From Sedimentisphaerales bacterium (GTDB lineage Bacteria; Planctomycetota; Phycisphaerae; Sedimentisphaerales; Anaerobacaceae), in assembly GCA_963708075.1 (NCBI GenBank), contig OY970194.1, forward strand, positions 2,560,001 through 2,624,000: a stretch of DNA of 64,000 bases, written 5' to 3'. Below the pieces are notes generated by a model. The model worked only from the letters and a program-made list of their open reading frames with translations, was not told the DNA's origin and ran no database searches. Positions 20,400 to 30,356 of this stretch are shown here, piece by piece (position 1 is the first letter of the stretch; every line of letters starts with the position of its first letter). Both the position numbers and the translations under genes were made by a program.

Positions 20400-20975
20400 A
20401 TGAAGATACTGGCGGTGGTTGGGAGCCCACGGACGGGCGGGAATACGGATATTCTGCTGTCGAAGATCGGGGAGGGAGCACAGATGGCCGGGGCGGAGGT
20501 CGAGACCGTTCATCTGGGCGGGTTGCAGGTGCGCGAGTGCGATGGGTGTCACGCGTGCTGGAAAGGCCGGGTGTGCAGCAAGGATGACGACATGCGGCCG
20601 CTTTATCCCAAGATCGCCGGCAGTGACGCGATCGTGTTCGGGACCCCCGTGTATTGGTACGGGCCGACGGCACTGATGAAGGCGTTCATCGACCGGTTTG
20701 TGTACTTCAACTGTGAGGCGAACCGGCCGCAGGTGCGCGGCAAGAAGGCGGTCGTGGCCGTCGTGCTGGAGGAGGACCGCGAAGAGACGTGGAGACCGGT
20801 CGTGGAGTTCTTCGAGCGGAGCCTTGGTTACTTGGAGATGCAATTGACCGGGATGATCGTCGTGCCGGGCGTAGGGGCAAAAGGCGCGATCCGAAGAAAG
20901 CCGGAGCAGCTTGAAGAGGCGATGCGTCTTGGGCAACGGCTCGCCGCGAGTGCAGGCGGCCCGCCGCAGCCGTGA
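20400..20975 (+). CDS. Flavodoxin family/iron-sulfur flavoprotein
   Basis: VVGSPRTGGNT, CDGCHACW...CSKDDDM, GTPVYWYG...KAFIDR. Confidence 0.9.
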   Translation: MKILAVVGSPRTGGNTDILLSKIGEGAQMAGAEVETVHLGGLQVRECDGCHACWKGRVCSKDDDMRPLYPKIAGSDAIVFGTPVYWYGPTALMKAFIDRFVYFNCEANRPQVRGKKAVVAVVLEEDREETWRPVVEFFERSLGYLEMQLTGMIVVPGVGAKGAIRRKPEQLEEAMRLGQRLAASAGGPPQP

Positions 20976-21017
20976 GCTTCGAGCGAGCCCACGGCACGAC
21001 AAGACCAGCCTGTCACA

Positions 21018-21959
21018 TCAGTTGTTGATGAGACGGAGAAGCTGGTCGGCGAGGCCGGCGTCCAGCGTCTGGAGAATCCGCTGCTGTTCGATCGCCAGGC
21101 CGCGGTCCCCAGCCCCGAGATACGCCCTGCCGAGATTGTAGTACGCCCGGGCATGGCTCTGATCGATAGTGGTCACGTCCTTGTAGCACTGGATCGCCTG
21201 CTCGTAGAGTCCGGCCTCCATGTAGGCATTGCCGGAGAGGACCTGGACCTCGTTGACCTGCGGATCGAGTTGCTTGGCTTTCTGAAAGGCCTGCATGGCC
21301 TCCTCGTAGCGGCCGGAACTGGAAAGGGCCAGGCCCAGCGACGTATGGGCCGCGGCGGATTCCGGCTTGATCTTCAGCGCACGCTCGTAGGAGTCGATTG
21401 CCTCCGGGTAGCGACCCAGCGCGGCATACGCCTTGCCCAATCCGAAATGCCCGTCGAAGCTGTTAGGGTCCAGTGCTACAGCCTTCTGATAGGAGACGAC
21501 GGCCTCTTCGGCACGGTTCTCGTCGCTGTATGCATCGCCCAGCAGTATGTTGGCGCCCGAGTCTTCCGGCCGGATGGCGACGAGCTTTTCGCAGGCATCC
21601 ACCGCCTCTTTGGCGTCGCCGGAGGTGTTGTAGTGCTTGCCCAGGTAGCTGTAAGCGCCGGCCCGGTCCGGAGAGATGGCGGCAATGTGGCGGAGAATCA
21701 CCGCCCGGAGGCCATCCAGTTTGATGGGCCCGGACTTGATCTGCAGCAGGATGATGGCCAGTAACAGGGCCACAAGGAGCAATACGTATCGGATATAGGT
21801 TCGCCGGTTGGAAGCTGCGAGACGATGAGTCGCACGCAACTGGGGGCATTCGGCGGGCGGCAGGTCCGCACGGCTTCCTCGCCTGCTAAATGCACCGGCG
21901 AAACGATCCAGATCTTCGATGTGTAGCGGTTCGTGTCTCCCTGATTTTACCTGTGCCAT
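21018..21959 (-). CDS. Membrane-anchored tetratricopeptide repeat protein
   Basis: One TM helix, then about six TPRs (LGKAYAALGRYPEAIDSYERALKIKP, AYYNLGRAY). Confidence 0.85.
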   Translation of the reverse strand: MAQVKSGRHEPLHIEDLDRFAGAFSRRGSRADLPPAECPQLRATHRLAASNRRTYIRYVLLLVALLLAIILLQIKSGPIKLDGLRAVILRHIAAISPDRAGAYSYLGKHYNTSGDAKEAVDACEKLVAIRPEDSGANILLGDAYSDENRAEEAVVSYQKAVALDPNSFDGHFGLGKAYAALGRYPEAIDSYERALKIKPESAAAHTSLGLALSSSGRYEEAMQAFQKAKQLDPQVNEVQVLSGNAYMEAGLYEQAIQCYKDVTTIDQSHARAYYNLGRAYLGAGDRGLAIEQQRILQTLDAGLADQLLRLINN

Positions 21960-22322
21960 ACCGTACCGATCCCAATGCTGAGGCGCCCGAAGGCCCGCCT
22001 ATGTGCCTCTCGACGCACACACGGAGTAACGTGAATACTTTACATCTACTGAAAGCATATGGAATAAGAACGGACCGTCAAAATAGCTTGGCCGTGAACA
22101 GGTGCGATAAAAACCGGGAGAACACGGGACCAGGAGCATCAAATAGGGGAAATACGCAGTTCAGGGCCACCCGGCATGGGATTCATGGGCCTCAAGCTGT
22201 CGCAGCGCTCAGGCATGAGGGAAAATCCTGTCAGATGAATGCGGGGAATGCGTGCGCCGAAGAGATCATCCGGTGCGTACAATCGGGAATAAGAGGACTA
22301 CGTATGGAAAGGAGAACATCTC

Positions 22323-22556
22323 ATGTCACTGACGAGACGCATGGGTCTTGTTGAAGCGGACCGGGTCGAGTCTGTCCTGAAGGATCTCGATCAGAGCACG
22401 ATCAAGATCACGGGCATCAGCCTGTTCCACCTTCTGACCGTGGGGAGCATTGCCGCGTCGATTGCCCTGTTCGTGAGCGGAAGGAAGTGGGCGAGCATCT
22501 TTGTCGGCTTATGGCCGCCAACGTTCCAGGCGTTGAAGTCCGCCTCGGAACGTTGA
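22323..22556 (+). CDS. Small membrane protein
   Basis: AAAGGAG RBS; SIAASIALF...SIFVGLWPPTF hydrophobic hairpin. Confidence 0.65.
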   Translation: MSLTRRMGLVEADRVESVLKDLDQSTIKITGISLFHLLTVGSIAASIALFVSGRKWASIFVGLWPPTFQALKSASER

Positions 22557-22629
22557 CGGCTCGCTGACAATGGCGATTGCCGTCGGCTTGCAGCAGGCGG
22601 CAATCGCTCTCCGGCGGGCAGACACGGCG

Positions 22630-23688
22630 CTATTTCAGTTTCGCACTCTTGCCGATCACTTTGATCAGATCGGTTCCTCGCAGAGTGGTATGGTTGGGCA
22701 ACTTGCCCTTGACCGTGACAACGGCGACTCCCGGCTGCAGGAGGGCCTGCACGGCGGACCGGTCGAATTTCACCATGCGTTCCAGGATGCCGTCCCCGTC
22801 ATGGTCCATTGTGTTGCTTTCATTGGCCTGCGGCGAGGCGTAGTCTTCCTGGCCCATGTGGGCGCTGACACCCTCAAGAGTCACCGTCTGGCCGTCGATG
22901 TCGTTGACGTCGTAGCCGGTGGGCAGCTCGATGTAGCACGTGACCCAGTTGCCGTTGCTGTTTAGATTGATGGCGTTGGGATCGACATCAACGACGGCGT
23001 CGATGACTACCTCGTCCGGCATCTTCACCAGCCGCACGTTGTCCCACTGCGCCCAGTTTGCGACGAGAAACTGACCGCTCACTCTGGCCCTGATGCAAAG
23101 CTCGATGCGATGCGGGTCCGGGCCGGGCACCCTCGAGATATCCACCTGCTGGTCCAGGTACGTGCCATCGACGCTTTGGGTCCAGAGGGGGACGTCATCC
23201 ACAAGCAGCATCGCATCGAAATTATTGAACACCAGGTTTGTACTCGTGCCATAAGCGGCCAGACGGGCATCGAAGGCAATGGCGGCCATTCCCGTCAGGT
23301 TCACCATCTGGTAGATGCTTTGGTAACTCCCCGCGCCGAAGGTTCGACCGTAGCGGCTGAACAGACCCGCAGCGCGCGAGCCCTCCGTCTTCCACGCGTA
23401 AGTAACCTGGGACCCAAAAATCGTGTGGTCCGTGTTCTCCAGCCGCCAGTACTGGGGAACGCTGTCGGGCGATGGTGTGACGCTGTACGATTGCTCGAGG
23501 CCGCCGTTCAGAAAGTCGGCCGTCGAGACAGCCGGCCACAGCAGCAGTGCAAGGACTGCCAGATATCGGACGTGAACGTCAGGCCTGTCTCCCTCTGGGC
23601 CTCTGCAATTGCCTGTACATACACGGGTCATGAAAACACTCCTCCGGAGCTGACATGCTCCTACGAAGTCGGTACGGAACGAACACAA
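22630..23688 (-). CDS. Secreted hypothetical protein (N-terminal jelly-roll-like domain plus C-terminal beta domain)
   Basis: Signal-like LAVLALLLWPAVSTA, FLNGGLE, WDNVRL, C-terminal VDVDPNAINLNSNGNWVTCYIELP...DHDGDGILERMVKFDR. True start probably downstream of 23688. Confidence 0.6.
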   Translation of the reverse strand: MCSFRTDFVGACQLRRSVFMTRVCTGNCRGPEGDRPDVHVRYLAVLALLLWPAVSTADFLNGGLEQSYSVTPSPDSVPQYWRLENTDHTIFGSQVTYAWKTEGSRAAGLFSRYGRTFGAGSYQSIYQMVNLTGMAAIAFDARLAAYGTSTNLVFNNFDAMLLVDDVPLWTQSVDGTYLDQQVDISRVPGPDPHRIELCIRARVSGQFLVANWAQWDNVRLVKMPDEVVIDAVVDVDPNAINLNSNGNWVTCYIELPTGYDVNDIDGQTVTLEGVSAHMGQEDYASPQANESNTMDHDGDGILERMVKFDRSAVQALLQPGVAVVTVKGKLPNHTTLRGTDLIKVIGKSAKLK

Positions 23689-24106
23689 TAAGACGACAGA
23701 ACGTCAAAGGGATGGATGGCCGTTGCATCAGCACGCCATATGCAAGATCTTTCCGAGTGAAATCAATAGTGCGGTATGAGATTCGATGCTACTTCTATAA
23801 CGCGTACCTATGCAAACTATACCCCAGGATCCGCCGCCTCCAAACGCCGGCGCAGAATTCTGCGGAAGACCTGCACAGGGCGGCCCCACGACGATCGCAG
23901 CTCCGCCCTGGCGTGTCCCGCCGTCCTATTATCGGCGGTTTGCCTTTCCGGAAGTCACGCAAGAACTATTGTCGCCATCGTGCGGCTCATCTGTAGTTGA
24001 GATCAATGATTGACGCGGCCAAGAAAGCCGCTACCCTGACAGGCTGAACTTTGTCTGTTTGGGGTGGTGGAACGCCACGATACGCACTTTTTGGGGGGGA
24101 CGAAAC

Positions 24107-24799
24107 ATGAAGCATATCACACTCATCATCGGCTTGGGTCTGCTCGTCGCCAGCCCGGCCCTGGGGCTCACTTACCTGGGCACGCCGACAACCATCATGA
24201 AAGCGGGCCAATTCGCCATTGGCGCCAGCTACGCCGACAGCGAGCAGGATATCGAACTCCAGGGAAATATCCGGGTCGAGGATCTGGACGAAGAATCGTG
24301 GCTCGGGCGAGTGGCCGTGGGGATCGCCGATAAGCGGATGGAGATCTTCGGCCTGTTCGGAGCTGCCAACCTGGACGAGGATGGTCTTGAGACGGGTGAC
24401 GAATTCCTCGTCGGCTTCGGCACGCGAATCACCACGAATCGGGGCGATGAGCTGGATTGGGGCGTCGTCGGGCAGTTCACGTGGTTCACGAACGAGGACA
24501 CCGTCGACATTGTCGGGGTTCCGACACCGTATGAGTTGGATGTGCTCGATGTCCAGATCGGCTTCGGTCCCTGCTGGCGACCGGGGCCGTTCATCCTCTA
24601 CGGCGGGCCGATGATCCAGTGGATTGATGGCGATGTCGAGTCGCCGCTTTTCGGCGAATTCGATGTCGATGGGGAGTCGTGGTTTGGCGGCTTTGTCGGC
24701 GGCGGAATCGAGCTTGCCAAACACCTGTGCATCACCGGTGAGGTCCAGGCAACTGCGGACGCCAACGCATGGGCCGCCTCGATCCAGTGGCGGTTCTGA
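24107..24799 (+). CDS. Outer-membrane beta-barrel protein
   Basis: Signal peptide MKHITLIIGLGLLVASPALG, alternating beta-strand pattern, C-terminal AASIQWRF BAM-type motif. Confidence 0.75.
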   Translation: MKHITLIIGLGLLVASPALGLTYLGTPTTIMKAGQFAIGASYADSEQDIELQGNIRVEDLDEESWLGRVAVGIADKRMEIFGLFGAANLDEDGLETGDEFLVGFGTRITTNRGDELDWGVVGQFTWFTNEDTVDIVGVPTPYELDVLDVQIGFGPCWRPGPFILYGGPMIQWIDGDVESPLFGEFDVDGESWFGGFVGGGIELAKHLCITGEVQATADANAWAASIQWRF

Positions 24800-24953
24800 T
24801 TCGTTAACGGGCTTGGCATTTCCGCAGACAGCCGTCAGGAGGTCATCCGAGATCGGGAGTTGATGCGCATCAAGGCGCAGAGTGAGGCCCCGGCGGCGAA
24901 TGCGCGGGAAGCCTCAGAATTGGTCGGGCCGAAGACCGGGTCTTGAGCCCGAG

Positions 24954-25020
24954 GACCGGAGAGGCCAGGATTCGAACCCGGGGTAGGGGTTACCCCCCCT
25001 GCGACGGTTCAGCAAACCGT
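24954..25020 (-). repeat. Degenerate copy of the 3' part of tRNA-Ser(GCT) (att-like direct repeat)
   Basis: 67 bp matching 41296-41361 with four substitutions and one indel. Covers anticodon arm to 3' end; lacks D-arm and 5' acceptor strand. Confidence 0.93.
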
Positions 25021-25052
25021 AGGGACTGTGCACCTGACAGCTTGACACACCA

Positions 25053-26793
25053 TCAGTTGGGGTTGCTCGCCATTGATGAGGGGCCGGATGTCTCCACCTG
25101 ACCCAAATCGGATGCAGGCCGACCTGCATCAGTCCTCGGCCCGCCGAACAATGCGAAAGCCAAACCCCGGTGAAAGACTGCGCAGACAGGCTGAGGAAGG
25201 AGTAGCTGATACTCTTGTCTATAGTGGTCTTCGCGTGCAATGAAAGCTACACATCTCCTGGAGGCATTCTCAGCAACGAATCGGGCAAGCTGTTCCGTAC
25301 CGACAAGCCTGTGCTGCCCATCTTCATAGGTCAGGCCGTAGGAGTATTCTCCCGTGTTGCCGGTGATGAAGGCATCCTCCCGCTTATAGTACCAGCACAC
25401 GGAAGCGGCAAGTGCATTGTCTGCGACAAGGATGGAGTCCGCAGGGATTATCGTGGCGTTGGATAGGAGAAACGCTCCTGGCGTCTTTTTGACCTTCACC
25501 GCCACAGGAGAGACAAAAGGCCAACTGAACATGAAGAGCATGGGTCCGGCACAGTAGAGCAGAATCCGCCTGCGGATATCCATCGGGCCGGTGGCCGCCT
25601 GGCAGAGCGTTGTCCAGAGCAAAAGACCTGCCGCAGCGACAGCCCATTTCCAAGGGGCCATCGATTTGGACAGTTCCGGCACGGTGATCAAAGCCACGAG
25701 CATTCCGACAAGGGAGAGAACCTGCCACTGCAACGACCACTCGTGCACCGGTGACAAAACCTTTCACGTCGCCTCCTCTGAGGCATGTGAGCACGCCGGC
25801 GGCGATCAGGAAGGCCAGAGGAGGATAGCACGGGAGCACATAGGTGCCGAGTTTGCCGCTGCAGACGGAAAAGAAAAGGAAGGGAAACACCAGCCAGCAG
25901 ACGGCCAATCGGACCATTGGGTCCTTCCTGCTTGTCTGTCGGAGGCCTTGAACGATCGGCCCAAGAAGGGGCGTCCAAGGCATGGCTCCAGCGAGCAGGA
26001 TGGGAACGTAATACCAAAGGGGCTCAGGATGTTGGCGGCCGCGAGGTGAGAGGAATCGGTCGATGTGCTCAACCCAGAAGAAGTAGTGCCAGAAGTCGGG
26101 TTCTCGCCGGTAGATCAGAATACTCCAGGGAAGAGCCGTGAGAAGAGCGGCAACCAGGGGGACCCAGGCCATCCTCAAGCATCTCTTGAATTGGCCCTGC
26201 CAGATCATAAATGGAACGATGACCATCACCGGCAGTGCCAAGCCCAGGAATCCTTTGTTCAGGAAGGCCAGGCCGCAGGCTACGCCTGCCAGGATGAGTA
26301 AGGGCATCCTCTTGCGGGCCTCCTGCGCTCGACAGGCAAAGAACAGTGCGATGATCGCTGCCGTTACCCACAGCGACAGCATGCTGTCGAGCACGCAGAA
26401 CGTCCCGACGGCCAGAACCTCGAAAGACAGCAAAAAGACAGTGGTCGCCAACAGGGGCGTTGCCCTATCATCTGAAAACTTGTGAGCCCAGACAAACAGC
26501 AGCACCGCCGTCAGCCCAACTGCCACTGCGGAGGGAAAACGAACAGCGAACTCATTTTCGCCCAACAACTGGATGGCCGTGGCGTTCAGCCAGTAACCCA
26601 GCGGGGGTTTCTCGAAATACTTCAGTCCGTTCAGACGCGGGACGATCCAATCGCCGGAGATTAGCATCTCCCTGGAGATTTCGGCGTACCTGGCTTCATC
26701 AGGGATCACAAGAGGCCGTACGCCCAGGGGCAGGAGGTACAGGAACAGGAATACCCCAACAAGCATCAACGATAGTATCAATCGCATTCCCAT
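25053..26793 (-). CDS. arnT: 4-amino-4-deoxy-L-arabinose transferase (frameshift ~25718)
   Basis: RPLVIPDEARYAEISREM, YFEKPPLGYWL, EFAVRF, FLNKGF, FFWVEHIDRF, GKLGTYVLP. C-terminal GEYSYGLTYED lies in ORF 25053-25757. Confidence 0.85.
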
Positions 26794-27749
26794 CTCGCCG
26801 GAAGATATGTGTAAGGGACTTGATAGTAGTCGAAGACTCCCCATGCACGATGGCCTGTGAGTCTCTCCAATAGATAGGTCATGTTCAGCCCGATGCCAAC
26901 GTAGCCATAACGGTGTTGGCCATCGAAATCGTCATCGTCGCCGGAGACATAGCCCCGCGTGTAGTAACCCACCTGCACCTCCAGGGCCTTCAGGACCGGG
27001 CTGCCGGTCCTGAGCCAGCCATCCAACTTGAAGGCAAGCAGAAACTTCTGGCCGGAATAGTCGGTAAGGATGTCGAAACGCTCTCCACTGCGGGCGGCTG
27101 GAGAGGGGAACCACTCCCACCGAAAATCCACCCTTTCCCGGATAGCAGGAAACCGGTGGCGCAGATAGGCCATGCCTACGCCTACGGTGTTCATGACTTC
27201 ATCCTGCCAACTGTACCCTTCGCTCACACTGAAACCATCTCCGATCTCGATCAGCGACATCGTCAGCCAACTGCTCGCCGCCCCGATCAGGATGGCGTCA
27301 TTGTCCGAGTATCCCCAGTCTTTATAGATCCGGTTATAGGCGCTCGCCAGAGCGTAGCAGGTGAACACGTGCCCGAGTTTGTCGGCGCCCCCATAGGGGG
27401 TATCACTATCGAACCAGCCTTCATCGGACGTGTTGAATGAGTGACTGCCGTAGTCCCACCCGGCAAAGCCGATCGCCGCGATGGCGGCTACGGTCACTGC
27501 ATTCAGTGCGACCACCTTTTTCTCTCGCGGCCAGTCCCCCACGGACCACCACGGAGGCTTCTGGGGAACGTTCACGTCGCTCTCGTCGTTCAGTCCAAGC
27601 ACATAGCTGGGGCTGAGCGATGAGACGGCATATGCACCGTCAAGCGGGCTGTGTCCAGATGCTGATGCGCCGCACCTGAGCATCACGAGCCACACGGCCA
27701 GAGCAGAGATTGTTACGATGTCTTGCATCTTTGTCTTCATTGCACCCAC
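26778..27749 (-). CDS. DUF2279/YfiM-like exported protein
   Basis: EGWF...YGGADKLGH, IEIGDGFS, GYSWQD...N, DYSGQKFLL, VGYYTRGY, FDYYQVPYT. Confidence 0.75.
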   Translation of the reverse strand: MGAMKTKMQDIVTISALAVWLVMLRCGASASGHSPLDGAYAVSSLSPSYVLGLNDESDVNVPQKPPWWSVGDWPREKKVVALNAVTVAAIAAIGFAGWDYGSHSFNTSDEGWFDSDTPYGGADKLGHVFTCYALASAYNRIYKDWGYSDNDAILIGAASSWLTMSLIEIGDGFSVSEGYSWQDEVMNTVGVGMAYLRHRFPAIRERVDFRWEWFPSPAARSGERFDILTDYSGQKFLLAFKLDGWLRTGSPVLKALEVQVGYYTRGYVSGDDDDFDGQHRYGYVGIGLNMTYLLERLTGHRAWGVFDYYQVPYTYLPARWECD

Positions 27750-29471
27750 TCAATTCGGTTCCGATCTGCCGCTTCCTGGATTCACGCCCCATCCCGCCTG
27801 CACATTTTGCGACTTGTCCAGTGTGAGCACCACAAAATCCTTGTGCCCGATCTTGCCACGGCCGAGGGATCTCATTTGCCCGGCGTCGCCTGCCGGCATC
27901 GAGCGGAACGTCTGTTCTTGCATCAGGACATAGAGAGGGCCCGGCAATTCCCGGAGTTCATCGAAGGAACTCGGAAACCGGGGCACAAGAGGCTTGGATA
28001 GATTCACCATGAACCTGATGTCTTCCGCGTCCGGACCGACCCGGAAAAACACGACCGTGCCGGGGTTCCTCTCATACAGGGCCTCCACCTGGCTTACAAA
28101 GGGCCTTGTTTGTTCCTGACTATAGCGGATGGGCTCGATGATTCCGATGTACAGGGTGACGAATGCCGCCACGGCAGTCGCGATCCCGGCCGGAACGCTT
28201 ATGGGTTGATCCATCCACCTTCTGCGCAATCCGGTGCTAATCGCGATCAGGAGAACCAGCGTCGTGAGGGTGCTGAAATAATGAGCCTTCCAGGAAGGCT
28301 CGATGCGCCAGGCGAACAGGAAGATGGCCAGCACCACCACGGCCACACAGGCAGGAAGGAAAAGACAGAAACCCACAAACCATCGCTTGACCCTGAGGAG
28401 CATGCCCCCGGCAGAGACAGCCATGGGATAGGAGGCCATCAGGGCAACGGCAGGGACGATGGGCAACACATATCGTATCTTCTTGGCAGCCGGAATCGAC
28501 ATGGCGGTCAGCACGATCAGGATCCAGACGGCCAGACTGCCCAACAGGGCGTCGTCCTCGCCGGCGCGTCGGAGTATGTCCTTGAAACAGCAGGCCGCCA
28601 CGGCAATCGCAAGAGGACAGGCCAACGCATACGCAGTGAAGCACCGGCTCCAATAGTACGTGACGGCTTCACCCTCGCCATACTGACGCCCGATCATCTG
28701 TGCATCAAGCACGGCTTTGGCAAATCCCTCTCCACCCTGCATCTTGGCAGCGGTCAGAAGCCCGCCCAGACAGAAGGCCAGCGTGACGCCGGCCAACACC
28801 GCCGCGATCGCCAACGGTTTCCAACGGCGATGCCAGAGATAATGACTCCACACGACAGCGGCAGGCAACATCAGGCCGATCGGCCCGCGAAAAGCGAAGC
28901 CGAAGATCCAGACCGGCGCCAGCAGCCAGAGACGCTTCGGCCGGCCCAGACAGTCGCCGGAGTAGACCAGGTAGAAGGACAACGCAACCGCCAGGCTGGT
29001 GTACTGGTCAAGAGCGATCCCGCGGGATGCAGAGAGGAACTCAACCGTGAATAACGCGAACAAGACAGCCACCAGGCCCCATTGCCGGGAGCGCATGGCC
29101 CCGATCCAATACGTGACGACCAGAATCGATGCCGAGACAACGGCCGTCGGCAAGACCCCCGCCAGTGGAGTGACTTGTCCGATCAGCCGCGAGACCAGGT
29201 AAATGAGCAAGGTCGATGTCGCCGGATAGTCCGGGTAGGGCCTGTGGTATGTCGTGGGGAAGAACGTCGGTCCGTCCCGGAGCATCTCCTGGGCGAACAT
29301 GGCGAAACGCGACTGAAAGCCCTCAAACTCCGGTGTCAGACCGGACGTGAAAACAAGGATGGCGCCCAGGAAGATCAGCAACGAGTCTCCAACGCCACGT
29401 CGCGCTTGCCCGAACACGGCGGTCGACGTCGCCCCTTCCGAATGCAGAGGGTTCTCCGTCAGCATAGTCAT
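27750..29471 (-). CDS. ArnT-like GT-C glycosyltransferase (divergent)
   Basis: SRFAMFAQEM, PYPDYP, FRGPIG, KKIRYVLP, many TM helices. ATGA overlap with the arnD stop. Confidence 0.75.
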   Translation of the reverse strand: MTMLTENPLHSEGATSTAVFGQARRGVGDSLLIFLGAILVFTSGLTPEFEGFQSRFAMFAQEMLRDGPTFFPTTYHRPYPDYPATSTLLIYLVSRLIGQVTPLAGVLPTAVVSASILVVTYWIGAMRSRQWGLVAVLFALFTVEFLSASRGIALDQYTSLAVALSFYLVYSGDCLGRPKRLWLLAPVWIFGFAFRGPIGLMLPAAVVWSHYLWHRRWKPLAIAAVLAGVTLAFCLGGLLTAAKMQGGEGFAKAVLDAQMIGRQYGEGEAVTYYWSRCFTAYALACPLAIAVAACCFKDILRRAGEDDALLGSLAVWILIVLTAMSIPAAKKIRYVLPIVPAVALMASYPMAVSAGGMLLRVKRWFVGFCLFLPACVAVVVLAIFLFAWRIEPSWKAHYFSTLTTLVLLIAISTGLRRRWMDQPISVPAGIATAVAAFVTLYIGIIEPIRYSQEQTRPFVSQVEALYERNPGTVVFFRVGPDAEDIRFMVNLSKPLVPRFPSSFDELRELPGPLYVLMQEQTFRSMPAGDAGQMRSLGRGKIGHKDFVVLTLDKSQNVQAGWGVNPGSGRSEPN

Positions 29472-30352
29472 AACGTCACCTGACAGGCCACCCACCCTTC
29501 GCGCCCGTGAATCTCTTTTGCGGCAATCCGGGCCACGACCGGTTGCGAGTCCTGGATCAGAGCGCCCAAGGGGACAAATCGATGCCCCTGCGACAGGGCT
29601 GCCCTGACGAACTCCTCGAACATTTGCAGGCAGACAATGCCCTCAACTTCGGCGTGGATGGTGAGTACGTTGAGCCTGTCGGGGCGAAGCAGTCCGAGCA
29701 TATGCGCGTTGTAGTTGTCGTTCGACACGCCGTCTCGCCCGATCACTTCATCATACGTGGGCAACGTCACGGGGATTTGAGGCTGCGACAACTCTCGACC
29801 GCCGGCGACGGGCCCGAAGACGCTGTCTCCCCTGCAATCACTGTTGTAGTGGAATGGGAATCTGGCCTTCTCCTCCAGGACGAGGTCATTGCACTTCCAG
29901 CCGGGGACGGCCGAGCAGGTTGGCGGATGCCCCAGGAGCTGCGTGAGCAATTCGACGCCGCGATGCAGCGACTGGTAGATAGCGTCGGCGCCCATTCGAT
30001 CAATGTGAGCCTGCCAGGCGTGATGGTCCCAAGCGTGGAGTCCCACTTCATGGCCGGCCTGCGCGGTGTCGCGGATGACATTGGCGAGCTTCTCTCCAAT
30101 GATCGGTCCCGGCCAGAAGGTTCCACGGAGCAGGATCTCCCAGCCATAGAGACGGGAGGCCCGTGTCCGAAGCATCTTCCACAAAAATGCCGGGCGAAGC
30201 AGCCGCCACAGATGTCGGCCCATATTGTCCGGCCCGACGGAAAAGAAGAAAGAAGCTTTGATGGAATAGTCTGCCAGAACCTTGCACAGATTAGGCACGC
30301 CGTACTTTGTGCCGCGGAAGGTATCGACGTCGATGCGGAGACCGATCTGCAT
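29468..30352 (-). CDS. arnD: 4-deoxy-4-formamido-L-arabinose-phosphoundecaprenol deformylase
   Basis: IGLRIDVDTFRGT, FFFSVGPDNMGRHLWRL, HEVGLHAWDH, YNSDCRG, QIPVTLPTYDE, TIHAEVEG. Confidence 0.95.
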   Translation of the reverse strand: MQIGLRIDVDTFRGTKYGVPNLCKVLADYSIKASFFFSVGPDNMGRHLWRLLRPAFLWKMLRTRASRLYGWEILLRGTFWPGPIIGEKLANVIRDTAQAGHEVGLHAWDHHAWQAHIDRMGADAIYQSLHRGVELLTQLLGHPPTCSAVPGWKCNDLVLEEKARFPFHYNSDCRGDSVFGPVAGGRELSQPQIPVTLPTYDEVIGRDGVSNDNYNAHMLGLLRPDRLNVLTIHAEVEGIVCLQMFEEFVRAALSQGHRFVPLGALIQDSQPVVARIAAKEIHGREGWVACQVTL

Positions 30353-30356
30353 GAAT

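Noticed and set aside
24954..25020. Second functional tRNA-Ser
   Set aside because: It lacks the 5' acceptor strand and D-arm and carries substitutions; treated as an att remnant.
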